NCBI RefSeq assembly: GCF_006345805.1 | Contig: NC_042998.1 | Coordinates: 117,180,001-117,244,000, forward strand | Length of the DNA: 64,000 nucleotides | Source: Octopus sinensis | Lineage: Eukaryota | Direction of reading: 5' to 3' | Shown here: piece after piece, positions 1 to 13,764 of the stretch | How the letters are laid out: each line of letters begins with the position of its first letter | How positions within the stretch are numbered: position 1 is the first letter of the stretch | Notes under the pieces: generated by a model | Told to the model about the DNA's origin: nothing | The model's database searches: none | The model's input: only the letters and a program-made list of their open reading frames with translations | Made by a program: the position numbers and the translations under genes

Positions 1-198
1 CAATAATGGTGTTCGGAGGCTTTCGATTGGTTAAGCCAAATGTATTATCTGCACATACTTTTTACATGTTTCATCGATTTTTAAACAGTAAAAATTTTCA
101 TATATGATGCTGACGCGTTAATACTTATACATTTTTGTCTCCGTTTTTTTTCGTTTGCTCCCCCCTCCCGAATAATTTATATATATATATATATATAT

Positions 199-501
199 CA
201 CCGTGATCACCGTGAACGACCAGACCATCAGATGTTGCTACACATCGCTGGTCACAATGCGTTTGCATTGTTTTAGCCTTCGAACGACGCCACCCCGCTG
301 GCTAAGCGAGCAGGCCAACAGCAGAAAGAGTGAGAGAGAGAGTGGTGAAAGAGAACAGCAGGGATCACCACCTCCTGCCGGAGCCTCGTGGAACTTTTAG
401 GTGTTTTCGCTCAATAAACACATACAACGCCCGGTCTGGAAATCGAAACCGCGATCCTCCGACCGCGAGACCGCTGCCCTAACCTCTGGGCCATTGTGCA
501 T

Positions 502-503
<2 letters not shown>
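199..503 (-). mobile_element. tRNA-derived SINE, family A (tail type 1)
   Basis: The minus strand begins GGATGCACAATGGCCCAGAGGTTAGGGCAGCGG...CGGTTTCGATTTCC (A-box/B-box-like). The body GTGGTGAAAGAG.ACAGCAGGGATCACC...GTGTTTTCGCTCAATAAACAC recurs at 8355-8520 and 29937-30025. Confidence 0.8.
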
Positions 504-544
<41 letters not shown>

Positions 545-2911
545 AGTAGAATAGGACAAGGGAGAAGAGGCGAAAATAATCTTATCATGATATACATTTT
601 GTATAGGTTTCAATCTTTTTGATTTTTTTCAAATAAGACCAAAAACAGGAAAAGATTAATGTTATGCTTTGCACATATTTCCCCAGTCTTCAAATAAGTA
701 GAACAATTCTTCTGCCTCTCTACCTTTCCTTTTTAAAGCGTCGGTAGATAGTAGCAGATCCGTAAAAAATAGACTTTATGGGTGCAAAGAAATGTTGGTT
801 CTGAAGTGTTTTCAGATCTTCTACAGTCTACTGAGCACTTACAAAGGAAAACCGAGTGAGAGACAGAAAAAAGGAATATGTCCTACGTACTTGAAGACTA
901 TGGAAATATTTGGAAAACATTTCATTTTATTTTTTCTTAGATTTAATTGCTGTTCCTATTTAAAGATTGAAACTAATACAAAATGTATTTCGTGATAAAA
1001 TTATGTTAGCATCTACCTTTTCTTATTTTCCTTATACATATCAACAAGTGTGTTACTTTTCAACTTTCTACATAAATGTGTGTGTGTGTATCATAAGGCG
1101 ACGTGCTGGCAGTATCCGTAGCACAACGTTCAAAATATTTTGCAGTATTTCGCCATCTGATGTTAAATTGCGCCATTATCAACAATTCAAAACATTAAAT
1201 GCACAAATGACTAATTTAATTCAAATACAACACAAACGAATAGAAACTTCATACCTGTGTGTGCATGTATGAAAGCATGCATATACACTTGTAAGCAACA
1301 TTCTTTTATTGTTTTAATTTTTTAATTGCTTCAGGTATTTCACTGCGGCCATGCTGAAGCTCCACCTTAATTAGAAATGTGTATAAAATATCCTCAAATA
1401 ATGATAATGATGAATCGTCCCATACAGCAACACGGTTACGAAATCCGCCAAATCTAATATAAAGTACATATACCCTGCTTTCTCATTCAGTGGGAATGTT
1501 AAAATATTCAACGTTTCAAATATAATTTACGGAGGTGTACTTGCATAGGGAGTGATCTGATCTGAAATCGTGTACTGGAATTTTGTTTTATTGTATTATA
1601 TTCTACGGAATTTTGTCAGTGAAAGGGTCGCAGTCTCAGTGCGACGAAAATATTTTGACAACTTAAATTTAAATGCTGAAGTAAGTCTAACGGATTTTGT
1701 GTGCTTCTTAAATGGCTTATATATTTTATTTTCTGTTAATTTCTCTGTCAAAGAGCGCTTCTATAATAAACGTAAATTTTTAAAACCTAGGTAATAGCTA
1801 TGCACTAAGATGCAGCTGCCCAAAATTCATAAAGATAATTATATTCCGTAGATTTCCAAAAATTACGGACAAAGTGCAAGAATTGTTATATAGATATTAT
1901 CATAAAGGAATATAGTTTATTTCAACATAAAGTTAACCTCAGCATCGTTCTCAATAATACCATAGACTTGACCGAAGGGAAAATCAAAGATTCTATGATT
2001 ATAGTACGTCATTTAGGGTCATCAAATAAAAATGTATGAAAAACTTAAACGTCTACATTTAATAACTCCAACAACAAATGGACGTTTATAGGAATAGAAG
2101 AGGAGAATATGAGATTGGTTCATAGCGTGAAGTATGCAGCATTTTCACTACTATGTAACGATACTATTTCTAAGCAATGCGGTTCATTTACAATATCATA
2201 ATTTACCATTCAATATCTTCAAACGAAACGATATAACAAAAGGAAAGAGAAACTATAGTAACAGACGTATGATCAAACGCATTCTCTCCGTGACCTCCCT
2301 GTCACTTTATTTCCTGCAGTGGATTACATTATACACGGTGTTATTTCTTTGTTCGGGTCAGAAAAGTGTGGTGTAAAGCAGAGTTCTATGCTATCCCCTG
2401 CTAAAATACATACAACCTCTAAAATTACTTTAGATGTGGGCCTAATTAGAAGGGATATAACATTAGAAGCACCCACATCTGTCTGAAGAGAAAAAATATT
2501 TCATACTTCAGAAAATCAGAAATGATCGGTCCTAAGTACAAATGAATAAATACACTTAGCTTCCCAATGCCCAAAGGGACATCAATCAAGAGATTTATGG
2601 AAAACAGAAGGTGGCGAAAGATGTTTATGATGTGAAAAATACACATATAGTGAAGGTAACGCAAAACATCAGATAGGAAAAGCTGACTAACAGATTGAAT
2701 GTTGATATGAATATATTAACAAATATTATACGAAATATATTCAATATACGTAAATACAAACGTTATCACTGTAACTTAGTACAAAGCAGAAACAGAACAT
2801 TTTGGTTAATACAAATAAATATAACACCAGCCAAAAGTGCGAAGAATAAACATATAATACAGCTGAACATAAAAGACGAAAATATATACGGTCAATGATT
2901 TCAGCACAAAC

Positions 2912-2915
<4 letters not shown>

Positions 2916-2968
<53 letters not shown>

Positions 2969-2978
2969 CTTCTCTCTC
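2916..2978. repeat. (CT)n microsatellite
   Basis: Seen directly. Confidence 0.95.
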
Positions 2979-5539
2979 TAACACACATACAAAGATGACC
3001 TGTTAGTTGACTTAAAAGTCAGAAGAGAAGGATCAAAACTAACAGCCAAAAAAGAAAGAATACCGATACTGTAACTGAACACTTTCAGAGTAACCAATAA
3101 AGCGTTCGAACAAAGGATATAGGAAGCAACGATTTGTGTATAACACTTATACATTATATACATTACACCGCACAGAGGAATACAATAAAATAAACTATTT
3201 GAACAAAATAAGTTTCATGAGAAAATGATAAGAGTAAAGCGAAAACAGATCTCTATCTTTAATATACTCCAAAGTAAGACGGATAAAGATCGAATACTGC
3301 AGAAAGCAATATGTATATCAGCAAGAAAACTATATCAAATACAAGTGAACACGTTATGAAATATGCTGTGACACATATAAGCCTAAGAGAGATGTAAAAT
3401 TAATATAGTATCTTCTTGAACGACTTTCTGTCCTACGTCTCTCTACTTGACCTGCTCAGGAAAATATCCGGAAATCAACCCCCAAAACGCTAGCGTTAAG
3501 CTACTGGTGTATGAGAATATCAGCAACCCACGACCAAAAACGTGTTTTTCTAGGCCACATTCTACAACTGCGGCTAATACAACTCTTTACATTCCTCTGG
3601 TCTCACCCTTCTTGTTATGTAGAAATTGCTTCCTAGCTCCCGTTGTAGTTATTTTGACGATTACTGTGACTTCGAAAGAATGTCCTATGGGATGACTATC
3701 TTTATTCAAGGTATTCTTGCGTACATGAGTACGCTATATATCTAGAAAATCTGACACATCACAGTGGGTTTGGCACAGCCATTTCCTCCATACATGATGA
3801 ATGCAAAAATAATACTAAAAGAAATGAACTTTACAGCCAACCTATAACGCCTAAACCTTGTAGAAAGCACAATAGACGAAGAAATCAAAAGAATAATCTT
3901 ACTAACCTGCGTTCCCCTACTCGCTGGCGCTTAAACCACACATTAAACACTTTGAAAAGAGAATATATCTTCATTGAAAAGAAATGTTCTGGATGCATTG
4001 TATCTGCGATTCATGTTTTTCACTATATTTTTTCTAAACAACGGTTAAGCTTGAACAAAACAACATCTATGATTTCTTAGTCCTACAAGATAGGACAGCA
4101 TGTAAAAAAATATAATGAACACTGTACCGAGTTCAAAAACTAATGGGTTTATGTTAATCTTTCATTCGAATAAAAAGAAACATCACCCGAGAGTGTAGGT
4201 ATCTTCAGCTGATTCCATTCTGTTGCATGATTTGTCACCAATTGTACTAAAACACATTAGTGAGCTTTACAGAAATGGCAATAAAGTGACAGATCCACTG
4301 GTTATATAGAGCTAAGAATAGACAACTACAAATGGTGAAATGCAACAAGTGAAATACTTCTTTCCCAAACAATTTAGATATCAAAGATAATTTTTATGTG
4401 TGCAGTGACAGGCATCTGAAATGTTTGGAAATAACCTGCGTTATCTACACTGATGGAAAGGTAGGTTCTAGAAATGCAAGATACCCCATATTTTATTCAT
4501 TCTCATGTTTTGTCATGAAAAATATCTCAGTTGAGCAAAAAATACACGATATGCATCTAAAGTTTATCAGCTAATCAGGAACAGTTCTTTAAATCATGGT
4601 ATTGCATCTTTAGATCACTTTGCGAAGACTTACGAAGTTAAAGTCCAGTTTTACATTAGCACATCGAAGTCCATTGGCGATATCGGAGATAAGTTAAATC
4701 CACTTATATGTTTTACGCAAAATGTAACATGATTTCTCTGGATAAGTGAGAATGCGATCTTGTTTTTACATGGGAAACTCAGGAATTAGCTGAAATACTG
4801 ACCGATTTAGCTTACGCTTACTCTTATATCAATGAACCTACTGGAAACTTAGAAAGTTTGTGAAAATTTAAACCGATTCAAATAATATTTATCGATTTAG
4901 TATCAAAGGATGCAATGAGGCAATCACTCAAATTTCCATTCATTTGAAGAGATGAATCATAATGCTGGATCTATAACTCGTATTATGCATGAATAAAATT
5001 GTGACTCATTTGAAAGCTGTCAAAATCTTTTTATACCAATTTTGTTGCCTGACACATGAAGTTTTCTGGAAAATAAATCCTGACTTCAGTTTACCTATAA
5101 TTATACAAAAATGTCCTACGATGATGAAATGAAGAAACAGCTCTTTGCGGAACTCGTGAATTGCAATTTGAAATCACGTCTTTTTGGAAATTTTGATGTT
5201 AAAACTTTATATTTACAAAAGATTTTGGAAATACTCTCATCTCATTCCATATTTAAAGACAAACGTGAGTGAATCAAGAATAGGTTAACGTTTTCAACCA
5301 ATACGAAATGAAACATTCGTGTGAAACCGTAGGTAGATATGAAGACAGTAATCATCGAGAGATTTCCACGCCTCGATAAATTTCTGCATGAGCAACATGG
5401 TGAAAGATATTGCATTATGTGCTCATCATCTTGAATGATGTTACATTTTATATAATTGTCTACCTGTTCCATGGGTAAAAGATACATCACAGTATATTGT
5501 TGACGCTTACGTCGATTCCTCCGTGGCGTTGTTTTGCAT

Positions 5540-5677
5540 TTATGATAAAATAAATATATACAAATTATAAAAACAATTTTAAAAGATATACAATACAATA
5601 CTCTTCCTACTTCGCGGATTTTTACCGAGCGCGGGGGTTTTGCAACGTAAAGCCTGCGATATTTGAGGGATTACTAT
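5540..5677. mobile_element. Terminal fragment of a Tigger/pogo-like DNA transposon
   Basis: CTTCGCGGATTTTTACCGAGCGCGGGGGTTTTGCAACGTAAAGCCTGCGATATTTGAGGGATTACTATA resembles Tigger/pogo terminal repeats ending ...GAGGGA..ACTGTA (from recall). No partner end was found. Confidence 0.45.
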
Positions 5678-5774
5678 AAACTAATTCACCTTCAAAAGCA
5701 GTAGGGACGACAATTAATAAAATGGTTTCAAATATTTGGCACGGAGCTGTAATTTCGAGGAGAGTGTAAGTCGA

Positions 5775-5855
5775 TTACATTAAAGCCAGTACTCAAATGG
5801 TACTTGTTTTAACTACCTCGAAAGGATGAAAGGTAAAATCGACCACGTCGAAATA
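5775..5855 (-). mobile_element. SINE family C fragment
   Basis: GGTACTTGTTTTAACTACCTCGAAAGGATGAAAGGTAAAATCGACC is the reverse complement of the core at 47860-47910 and 62085-62135. Confidence 0.6.
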
Positions 5856-6305
5856 ATAGTTAGTGAAATATTACCTGTAACGACACTGTGCTTTGAATAC
5901 CTAAACGGGAGAAAACAGTATCCATGCAACTACATTTTGCTATTGAGAGAAATGGAGAGGGAACATTTTGAAATATAAAGGATTGCAGGAATTTGACATC
6001 TGCCTTCTTGAAGAATCAATTTTTGAACTATAGTGCATGAAATATTGAGATTTCCAACAGCGCAATAATTACAACAAAATAAAAATAAAGGAAATGAATA
6101 CCAAAATATTCTCGGTTTTTGCATTAAAATATATCATATTTATCATAGCTCTAAAAACATAGCTGTTCCATATTTTGGATACATGGTATTATATGTCTTT
6201 CGGCAAAATAAATCTAGATTTTATTGTACGTTATTTAGAGACCATCTCTAAATATACAATAATTTATTCTTACTAAAGTTTCATATATTTCAAAGACTGA
6301 CGAAG

Positions 6306-6347
<42 letters not shown>

Positions 6348-7429
6348 GCGGGACCCGTGAATATTTCTTCTACTGTGTTATTACTGAAAACTTATTCACA
6401 GAAACCTGAAAGCGTACCCTGTGTTGTGTCTGTATGGAAAGATAGTCGCTCATCTGCTACTCATTGAAAAGTGACAGAGATTGGTATACAACGATTACTT
6501 AATACAGCATATATACACACTTTACATAATTTATGCACAATTTTGTAGACTTAATACGCAGCACTTATAAAATAAATATTCACACTTATTTCTACATATG
6601 ATACAATCTTTAGTTAAATTGTATATATCTGCCCCGTAAATAAGGGTATTTCACGGAAATGCACTTAAAACAAATGCAATTAAAACAAATATACTTTTCA
6701 CTATCCAATCACCACCATACTTACCGAAGGCTTTACTCTAAAGCATTGTACATTGAGTTCCAATTGGCTGTTAGTATAGGAATACTCAAGCGAAATCATA
6801 AAATCTCCCTCTCCCTCACCCTCTCTCATATACACTCACTTCATATATATATATATATATATATAATCACATACACATATATACATATACACATGCACAC
6901 GTACGCGAGTGCTCACAAGTACATTCACAAACACACACACACACATGCATGCATACAGTGCATATATAAGAAACACGTGTCTTGCTACAAATATTTAGCA
7001 TTAGAAATGCACTCACTGATGTTGACGCTAAATAAATGAAGTTTGGCAGCTGGTTTACTAGCTGAACTATTACATTATTTTTCAGGTTAATATAAAAAAT
7101 TGATAAATCATGAGTTTTTCCTCCCATCTGTTACACTGTACAGAGTGCAGACACCGAAGTGTTTGAAATATGTATATTTTTTCCTACTATGGATTCAATG
7201 AAAACATGCTTGCTTATCCTTTATGCTTGAAAGAACAGTTACGTCTCCCTATCTTCTTGAAACAGAAATTTAATAGAAAATTTATAGCTGAGATTTCCTT
7301 CAACACACGTTCTATTGTCTTAAATGGTAATTATGTATAATGAAATTATCGATGAAAAAGACTGCAAAGAAAATCGGATTGTTGCAAGAATAACCGTTAT
7401 AAGGAATTGTCAGTATAGATTATATATAT

Positions 7430-7467
<38 letters not shown>

Positions 7468-7571
7468 CCGGCGTAAACACATAAATGTGAAACAAGGTGG
7501 AAAAAAGAGTACTCAAATACCAGTGGTAGAGTAATATGCTTTATTTAAAGCAGCAGAAAATTCAACAAAAC

Positions 7572-7609
7572 CTGTTACTCTGAGTTTCCCGTTGCCGTTC
7601 GTCGGACAG
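7572..7609 (-). ncRNA. Type-I hammerhead ribozyme motif (U4C variant)
   Basis: Minus strand reads CTGT-CCGACGA-ACGGCAACGG-GAAA-CTCAGAG-TA-ACAG, giving stem I CTGT/ACAG and a GUA cleavage triplet. Confidence 0.65.
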
Positions 7610-7742
7610 TTTTTGCTAGAATGGAACAGATATGTGAATTCTATCCAGACTATTACAAACGCTACACCTTTAAAAAATGGGCTTGTTTGATTGGCCCTTT
7701 AGAAATAACGGCCAATTTTCCAGCGATAAACAAAGATGACTT

Positions 7743-7800
<58 letters not shown>

Positions 7801-7832
7801 TATAAAAAATATAAAAATATAAATATATTTTA

Positions 7833-7886
<54 letters not shown>

Positions 7887-8019
7887 AACTCATCTTTGTT
7901 TATCGCTCGAAAATTGGCCGTTATTTCTAAAGGGCCAATCAAACAAGTCCATTTTTTAAAGGTGTAGCGTTTGTAATAGTCTGGATAGAATTCACATATC
8001 GGTTCCATTCTAGCAAAAA

Positions 8020-8057
8020 CTGTCCGACGAACGGCAACGGAAAACTCAGAGTAAGAG
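8020..8057 (+). ncRNA. Degenerate hammerhead ribozyme motif
   Basis: CTGT-CCGACGA-ACGGCAACG-GAAAA-CTCAGAG-TA-AGAG; the 3' strand of stem I is mutated. Confidence 0.45.
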
Positions 8058-8299
8058 GCTTTGTTGAATCTTCTGCTGATTTAAATACAGTATATATATA
8101 TATATATATAATTCGTTATTAACACTGACGTATAAAATTATATACATATAGGCCGAAATTGTATAAATATTATTTAGCGACTAGCAGGAAACCAACCAAA
8201 GGAGCTCTTTCTGCTACAGTGTATAACTGAGAGTCAGGCATTATTTGCATACAGTATCTCGAGCCATCGGGAAATCATGCAATGGCTGCATGTTTGTTT

Positions 8300-8520
8300 G
8301 TTTTTGTTTTTCCAGTTTCAGCTCTTGAGCTGTGGCCATGCTGGGGCACCGCCATTGTGGTGAAAGAGTACAGCAGGGATCACCACCCCCTGCCGGAGCC
8401 TCGTAGAGCTTTTAGGTGTTTTCGCTCAATAAACACACACAACGCCCGGTCTGAGAATCGAAACCGCGATCCTGCGACCGCGAGTCCGCTGCCCTAACCA
8501 CTAGGCCATTGCGCCTCCAC
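8300..8520 (-). mobile_element. tRNA-derived SINE, family A head/body with a family-B-like tail
   Basis: The minus strand starts GTGGAGGCGCAATGGCCTAGTGGTTAGGGCAGCGG...GGTTTCGATTCTC. Its tail GGCGGTGCCCCAGCATGGCCACAG matches the family B tail. Confidence 0.8.
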
Positions 8521-9629
8521 TAAACTCAAATTAAATATATCCAAAATATACGATATCATCTCGGGAATAAACAGATTTTTTAATTCAGCTCTAGATAAAA
8601 TACTCATGAACAGAACACAGGATTGTTTGATGCACAATGTCTATTACTGTATATTCGCTCAAACAGACCGACACTGAGAATAAGGAAAATATAAGTATAA
8701 AATATATATCAAAGACAGTGATACAACGTGTGGTCACGCAAGCTGCTAGAAATATCAAACCAATAAATCTGTCACACCATGCTTGATCTTATGGAAAAGG
8801 AGACACTAGATAATGTAATGTTTTCTGTCATGGAGAGAATTCTATCATCATGAGTCAGCTTGATCACAGTTGATCTGAGGTTAAAAACGACACACAAATC
8901 AACAACACCTACAATCATTCATGGAGTGTTGTATACAGTCCAGTAGGGACTTGATGTAATATGGAAACAACTTTCTTAAAATGGAATCACAAATCGTATA
9001 ACATAGACGCGTAATTAGATTCTAGTCATTGCTAGAGTATTCTTATCAAAGGATTGTTAGAGGAAAGTGTTAGCCGGAGTTATATTACGCACAGGAGCAA
9101 CCAGCTAACCCCAGATATAAATGAAATAAAGTATAGGGATGGCACATAAATTATACTTTGTGTTCTAAAAATAATCGTTCAGCAACCAGTTAAATTTTGT
9201 TTTCTGAGCCAATGGGTAGGCTTAAAATAGTTCATCCTCAGATTAAGCTTCATATAGATAGAATTTTGCCTAATGAAGAAATATCTGAGACAACTAATGT
9301 TGAGAATTCCCCATCTGTATATTGACCCATAGCGAATGAACGATTGACTACCCTCTGAAAATGTTATGGCGGAGAAGAGTGATGCCACGATTGATATAGA
9401 ACGTAGAACACTAGTAATGGAACAGAAAATATGACGCCACTAATAATGGAACTGGATATATAACACCTGTTACATAATGTACGATGTAAGTATGATGTAA
9501 GCGTTAGGGATATATTTGATTGCTTGCTTAAACCCCAAAAATAAATAAATAACAATATCATATCAAAAATAAATGCATTTGTTTTGAAATCAAAAACCAT
9601 CGACTAGGTTATGGTGGGGAGATAAATGT

Positions 9630-10465
9630 CTATTGAAAGTAGACGCCTTCAGCTTACACCACGGCCTCAAGACTGCTCCAGACGCGGTGAACTCGTAGAA
9701 ATTAACTTTTCTCTCTTTCTCGGGTGTATGGCACAAAGCCGAATCCTTCTGCTACACTTATGGATTTCGGGCAGCAACCCTCTGCAGTCAGGGTTCGGAT
9801 ACAGTTTTTTGTATTCGAAAGCTGTCTGAATGGCGCCTAAATCTCCGTTCAAAGATTTGGGATGTCAGGTTATCACCCTCACTGAAGTCACACACATAAA
9901 CCGTCGCAGTTTAGTTTTCATGACACGTGGAACATCACATGGATTGCAGGCAATCTCCTTGTTATTGTGAGTGTTATGCAACTCGTCCTACTTGATGTTA
10001 TTTTTATCCGAGAAGAACTACATCATTCTCCGCTTCAGTAGGATACCTCAGTTTGTGCAGGAACCTCTTTGGCTTTGACAAGGGGTTCTCCTTGGTCGTG
10101 TAAATCAGAAGTCCCTTACGACTCTTGTATAAGTGGTAGCAAATGTCCTTATTCAGTGCCTGCTTCGTGGTGGTGACTTCAGCAGCCATCTCTCTCGCCA
10201 CAGCCTAGATTCTCTCGTTCAGATCTACCGCCTCCTCGTTCTGTAGTTGCTGGACGAAATCCACCGTTCGGACGTATTCAGAACGCTTGTTTGGGCCCTT
10301 CCTGCTTGCCCATGTGTAATAGTTTCCATTGCTGCTCTCCACATCACGTCTTATAACGCTTACAGTGTTCACAGGGTTCTTATGATGTTGACATTTTGAT
10401 ACCCGGTGTGAATCATCATGAATCATCTCATCCAATATTCTGATGTTTTCCTGCCCTCCATTTCA
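9630..10465 (-). mobile_element. Decayed, internally deleted Tc1/mariner transposase (maT/DD37D-like, tentative)
   Basis: Minus-strand translation across stops and frameshifts gives KRFLHKLRYP..FSD(E)KN, DVPRVMKTK, SEGD, QKDSALCHT, FYEFT and C-terminal LEAVV*AEGVYFQ*. The SPDxNPxD segment is deleted. Confidence 0.75.
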
Positions 10466-12724
10466 GGTAATATTTTCGCATGCACAACTTTAACTTTTGT
10501 ACTCACAAAAGCTTTTGACTCGTCACCAATATATCTAAGTGTCCAAAAATAGCTATATTATATAAATTTCGTCTGAATACCCTGTACACAGTAACGTACA
10601 CTAGTCGACTTTCAGATGGATATAGAGATAAAGATGTTGATGATGATGTATTGATGTAGCTGATACATTACTAAAGGAAGGAGAGTTTGTGTAATATAGT
10701 CCTACATGACCCTAATTATACGAGATGTTCATGGATGAAATACCTTTAGTCGTACGTATCACAACGTCGCGTTTCAGAAACAATATCAATAACAACTCAA
10801 ATGTTAGCAACAACGCAAACTACAGTTGGTAAACATGTTACAATAGATGCTACTGATTTCTTCTGAAATAACTTTATATCTCTAAATTATTCTATCGATC
10901 AATAACTAATATTTTGAGTAGAGGAATGATTTGCAATATGCTTGTTTTTTTTCAAAAATACATTGAATTGATGCGTGATGATCATGGAACAAAAGCTAAA
11001 AATCCTCTGGTCAGTAACATTCGCCGACATCACTGTCAGAGAGGCGGAAATTTCTTAAAAATCTTTCGAAGACTGAAAAAGAAAATGGCCGCATACAGAC
11101 CTACTTCTTGCTGAAACTGAAAAAAAAACTGCTAGAGTTTTTAGAAACAATTTGTTTTAAAGGATATTATTAAGTATTGGTGTAAAAGGTATCAGTTGGT
11201 TACAGTCCCGCTAGCAATAGAAGTAGGATGACTGGGAACTAAGAGATCGACTGACATTTCACTTCCAATACATAACACATCGCTGCACACTACATTGACT
11301 GAAATGTTCTTTTCGGCTATCCCAGGACTATTCTCATCCGCAAATTGTATACTAACTCATTCATAGAAATGATCTACTCTTTTTACAGTTGAAAGCATCG
11401 TGACTTTGAAAAACCAAACAACAGAAAGTGTTGGTTTTAGTTGCATCAAATCAAAATTGCTCGATGCTTGTAGTTCGTTCCTAAATTTATAAAATGATTC
11501 GGTCATAATTTCCGATTTGATGTGCCTGTTTGCGTGAGTTATTACGTATGGTGAATATACATGTGCATGGGCTTAAAGAAGGACAGTCTTAAAGAATATC
11601 GTGGGCTATCGTGCCTGTTTATGCTTGGAGATAATTCCAACGTTCTGGAATAAATAAAATAGTGATAAGATTACAATGTTTCATTACTAGCAGAACACTG
11701 GAAACATGCCGTGACTATTGCAAATGCCAGAACGTTATATTTAAAGTACACCACAATTTACTTTTCCATCCATGGTCACTCTCAATGACACCTTTGCTGA
11801 CAGCACCATTTCGGAGTGTGCTATCCATTATTAAGTTGTGGAATGTGAGACAAGAGACGAAAGACGACTGTAGATATCAGAGCAATTACACTTTCTTAAA
11901 CAGCTATATTCATTTCAACCGGTGAAACGAAATAGAGAAATCGACAAGAGTTCTCATTATTGTTATATAAGGAAAATAGTTGAAGCGTTAGGTTAAGTGG
12001 TTTCTACGTTAAGACTGTGGCACCTTACATAAAATATCGTTTCCGTTATGAGAGTAGTGTCTAAGTGTAATTTATTACGTTTACAGCTATAAATTCATAG
12101 GCCTAAAACGTTTATTATTGTACAAGTGTTTAATGATTCTCTCATTACTAGTTTGAAAGTTACTATAAAGATTAATGTTCGAAATTGTCTGCCGCATTTA
12201 CCGACTGACGGAAAAGACTAATGTATTTTTCTCAATTTGTAATTATTTTTCTTTTACATATTTAATAATTCATGCATTAAATACGTCAACACTAACAAAA
12301 TGTACATTTATTATGTAAACGCGAAACCATGTTATACGATATAGAGATAGATGTGCATATCTCCATAGTGTATACTACTTAGTATTTATTTGAAGAGAAA
12401 ATAAATTTATTAGTTACTTTTCTTGACGTAAAGTAGTTTGATCAATTTCGGAGTAATTTCTTTCGTTACCAAGAGATTTAACAACTCGAATAAAAGCTTT
12501 TCTTCATATGAAATCAGTGAATGTGGATATATAGATAAAAATATGTCACATCAAACACGGAAACGATATTCTCCTTCCCAACATTTTAATTCAATTAGTT
12601 GATTATAAATCGATTACATACAAAATTCCTAGGAGAGAGTTTTATTTCAAAGAACTCTTATTAAGCCATCTATTTATAGGTAAATCAGCAAGGAAATGTT
12701 TATATCGATATTTAAGTTTTAAAT

Positions 12725-12863
12725 AATGTTCGCAAGTATACATACATACATACACACATACAAGGATGCATGTGCACGCACACACATACACATACATATA
12801 TACATATATATATACATATATATATATATACATAAATATATATGTACATATACATATATATAT

Positions 12864-12919
<56 letters not shown>

Positions 12920-12952
12920 AATATATATGTACATATACATATATACATATAC

Positions 12953-13013
<61 letters not shown>

Positions 13014-13072
13014 ATATTTATATATATATATATATATATACATATATATATACATATATATATATATATATT
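12725..13072. repeat. (TA)n/(TACA)n low-complexity array
   Basis: Seen directly; it explains the YIYI ORFs. Confidence 0.95.
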
Positions 13073-13364
13073 ATTTTATAGTCTACCTTTTATAGTCTTC
13101 TTGTGGATAACATCTCAATATTTGCTACTTATAAAGGATTTCAATTAAACGGAATCGACTGCTATTTATGTATATACAACTAATGTCCGAACGTCTCATT
13201 TCTATAGTAAATCAAGCGGAGTCTGGATACCGATCTATATTTCAAGAGAGAACACTCAAATATTTATGTATAATCTGTTTTATCAGCAGAGCAGATACTA
13301 GATAGATAATAATGATCCCACACGACGATACAGTCTGATTTAATACTTTTCTATGTTTAGTCTA

Positions 13365-13524
13365 ATAAATCGAGTCCAGGACTTTTTCTTGGTGAGGCGT
13401 AGTACTTATTCTATCGGACTTTTTTTCCGAATCGTTAAGTTACGGAGAAACAAATACGTCAACATCGGTTGTCAAATGATAGTAGAGAGGCAAACATAAA
13501 CACACAAAAACGCACACACATATA

Positions 13525-13616
<92 letters not shown>

Positions 13617-13748
13617 CGACGGGCTTCTTTCAACTTCCGTTTACCAAATTTACTCACAAGGGATCGGTCGGCTCGAGGATATAGCTCGAGGATTGAATCC
13701 GGAACCATGTGGTTGGGACCATGTTCCTTACCACAGATCCACTCCTGC
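13365..13748 (-). mobile_element. tRNA-derived SINE, family B (internal (TA)n)
   Basis: Diverged copy of 26821-27262: GACGGGCTTCTTTCAACTTCCGTTTACCAAAT and GAATCCGGAACCATGTGGTTG. Confidence 0.75.
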
Positions 13749-13764
13749 TTTTGTTTAAAGAATA

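Larger units (their letters stand above)
7468..8090. mobile_element. ORF-less palindromic Penelope-like pLTR pair around an AT-only core
   Basis: Arms 7541-7746 and 7883-8090 are inverted repeats. Both are homologous to the terminal repeats of the RT/GIY-YIG-bearing element at 53036-55315. (TA)n flanks both sides. Confidence 0.85.

Noticed and set aside
4406-4460. 55 nt candidate exon (CAG|...AAG|GTAGGT; DRHLKCLEITCVIYTDGK)
   Set aside because: Short, unrecognised peptide; such splice-like pairs are expected by chance in 64 kb.
7595-7606. T-to-C changes (CTGATGA to CCGACGA) as a fossil ADAR-editing signature in a retrocopy
   Set aside because: Only two sites, amid many other substitution types between the copies; not distinguishable from ordinary divergence.
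11195-11500. Open frames near 11200-11360 (minus) and 11390-11490 (plus) in unique sequence
   Set aside because: No recognisable domain, conflicting strands and weak splice support.
12642-13148. Many ORFs of YIYI/HTHT/CVCV type (also near 19250, 32154, 45055, 52826)
   Set aside because: They are stop-free reading frames through (TA)n, (CA)n and (ATGT)n microsatellites, not genes.
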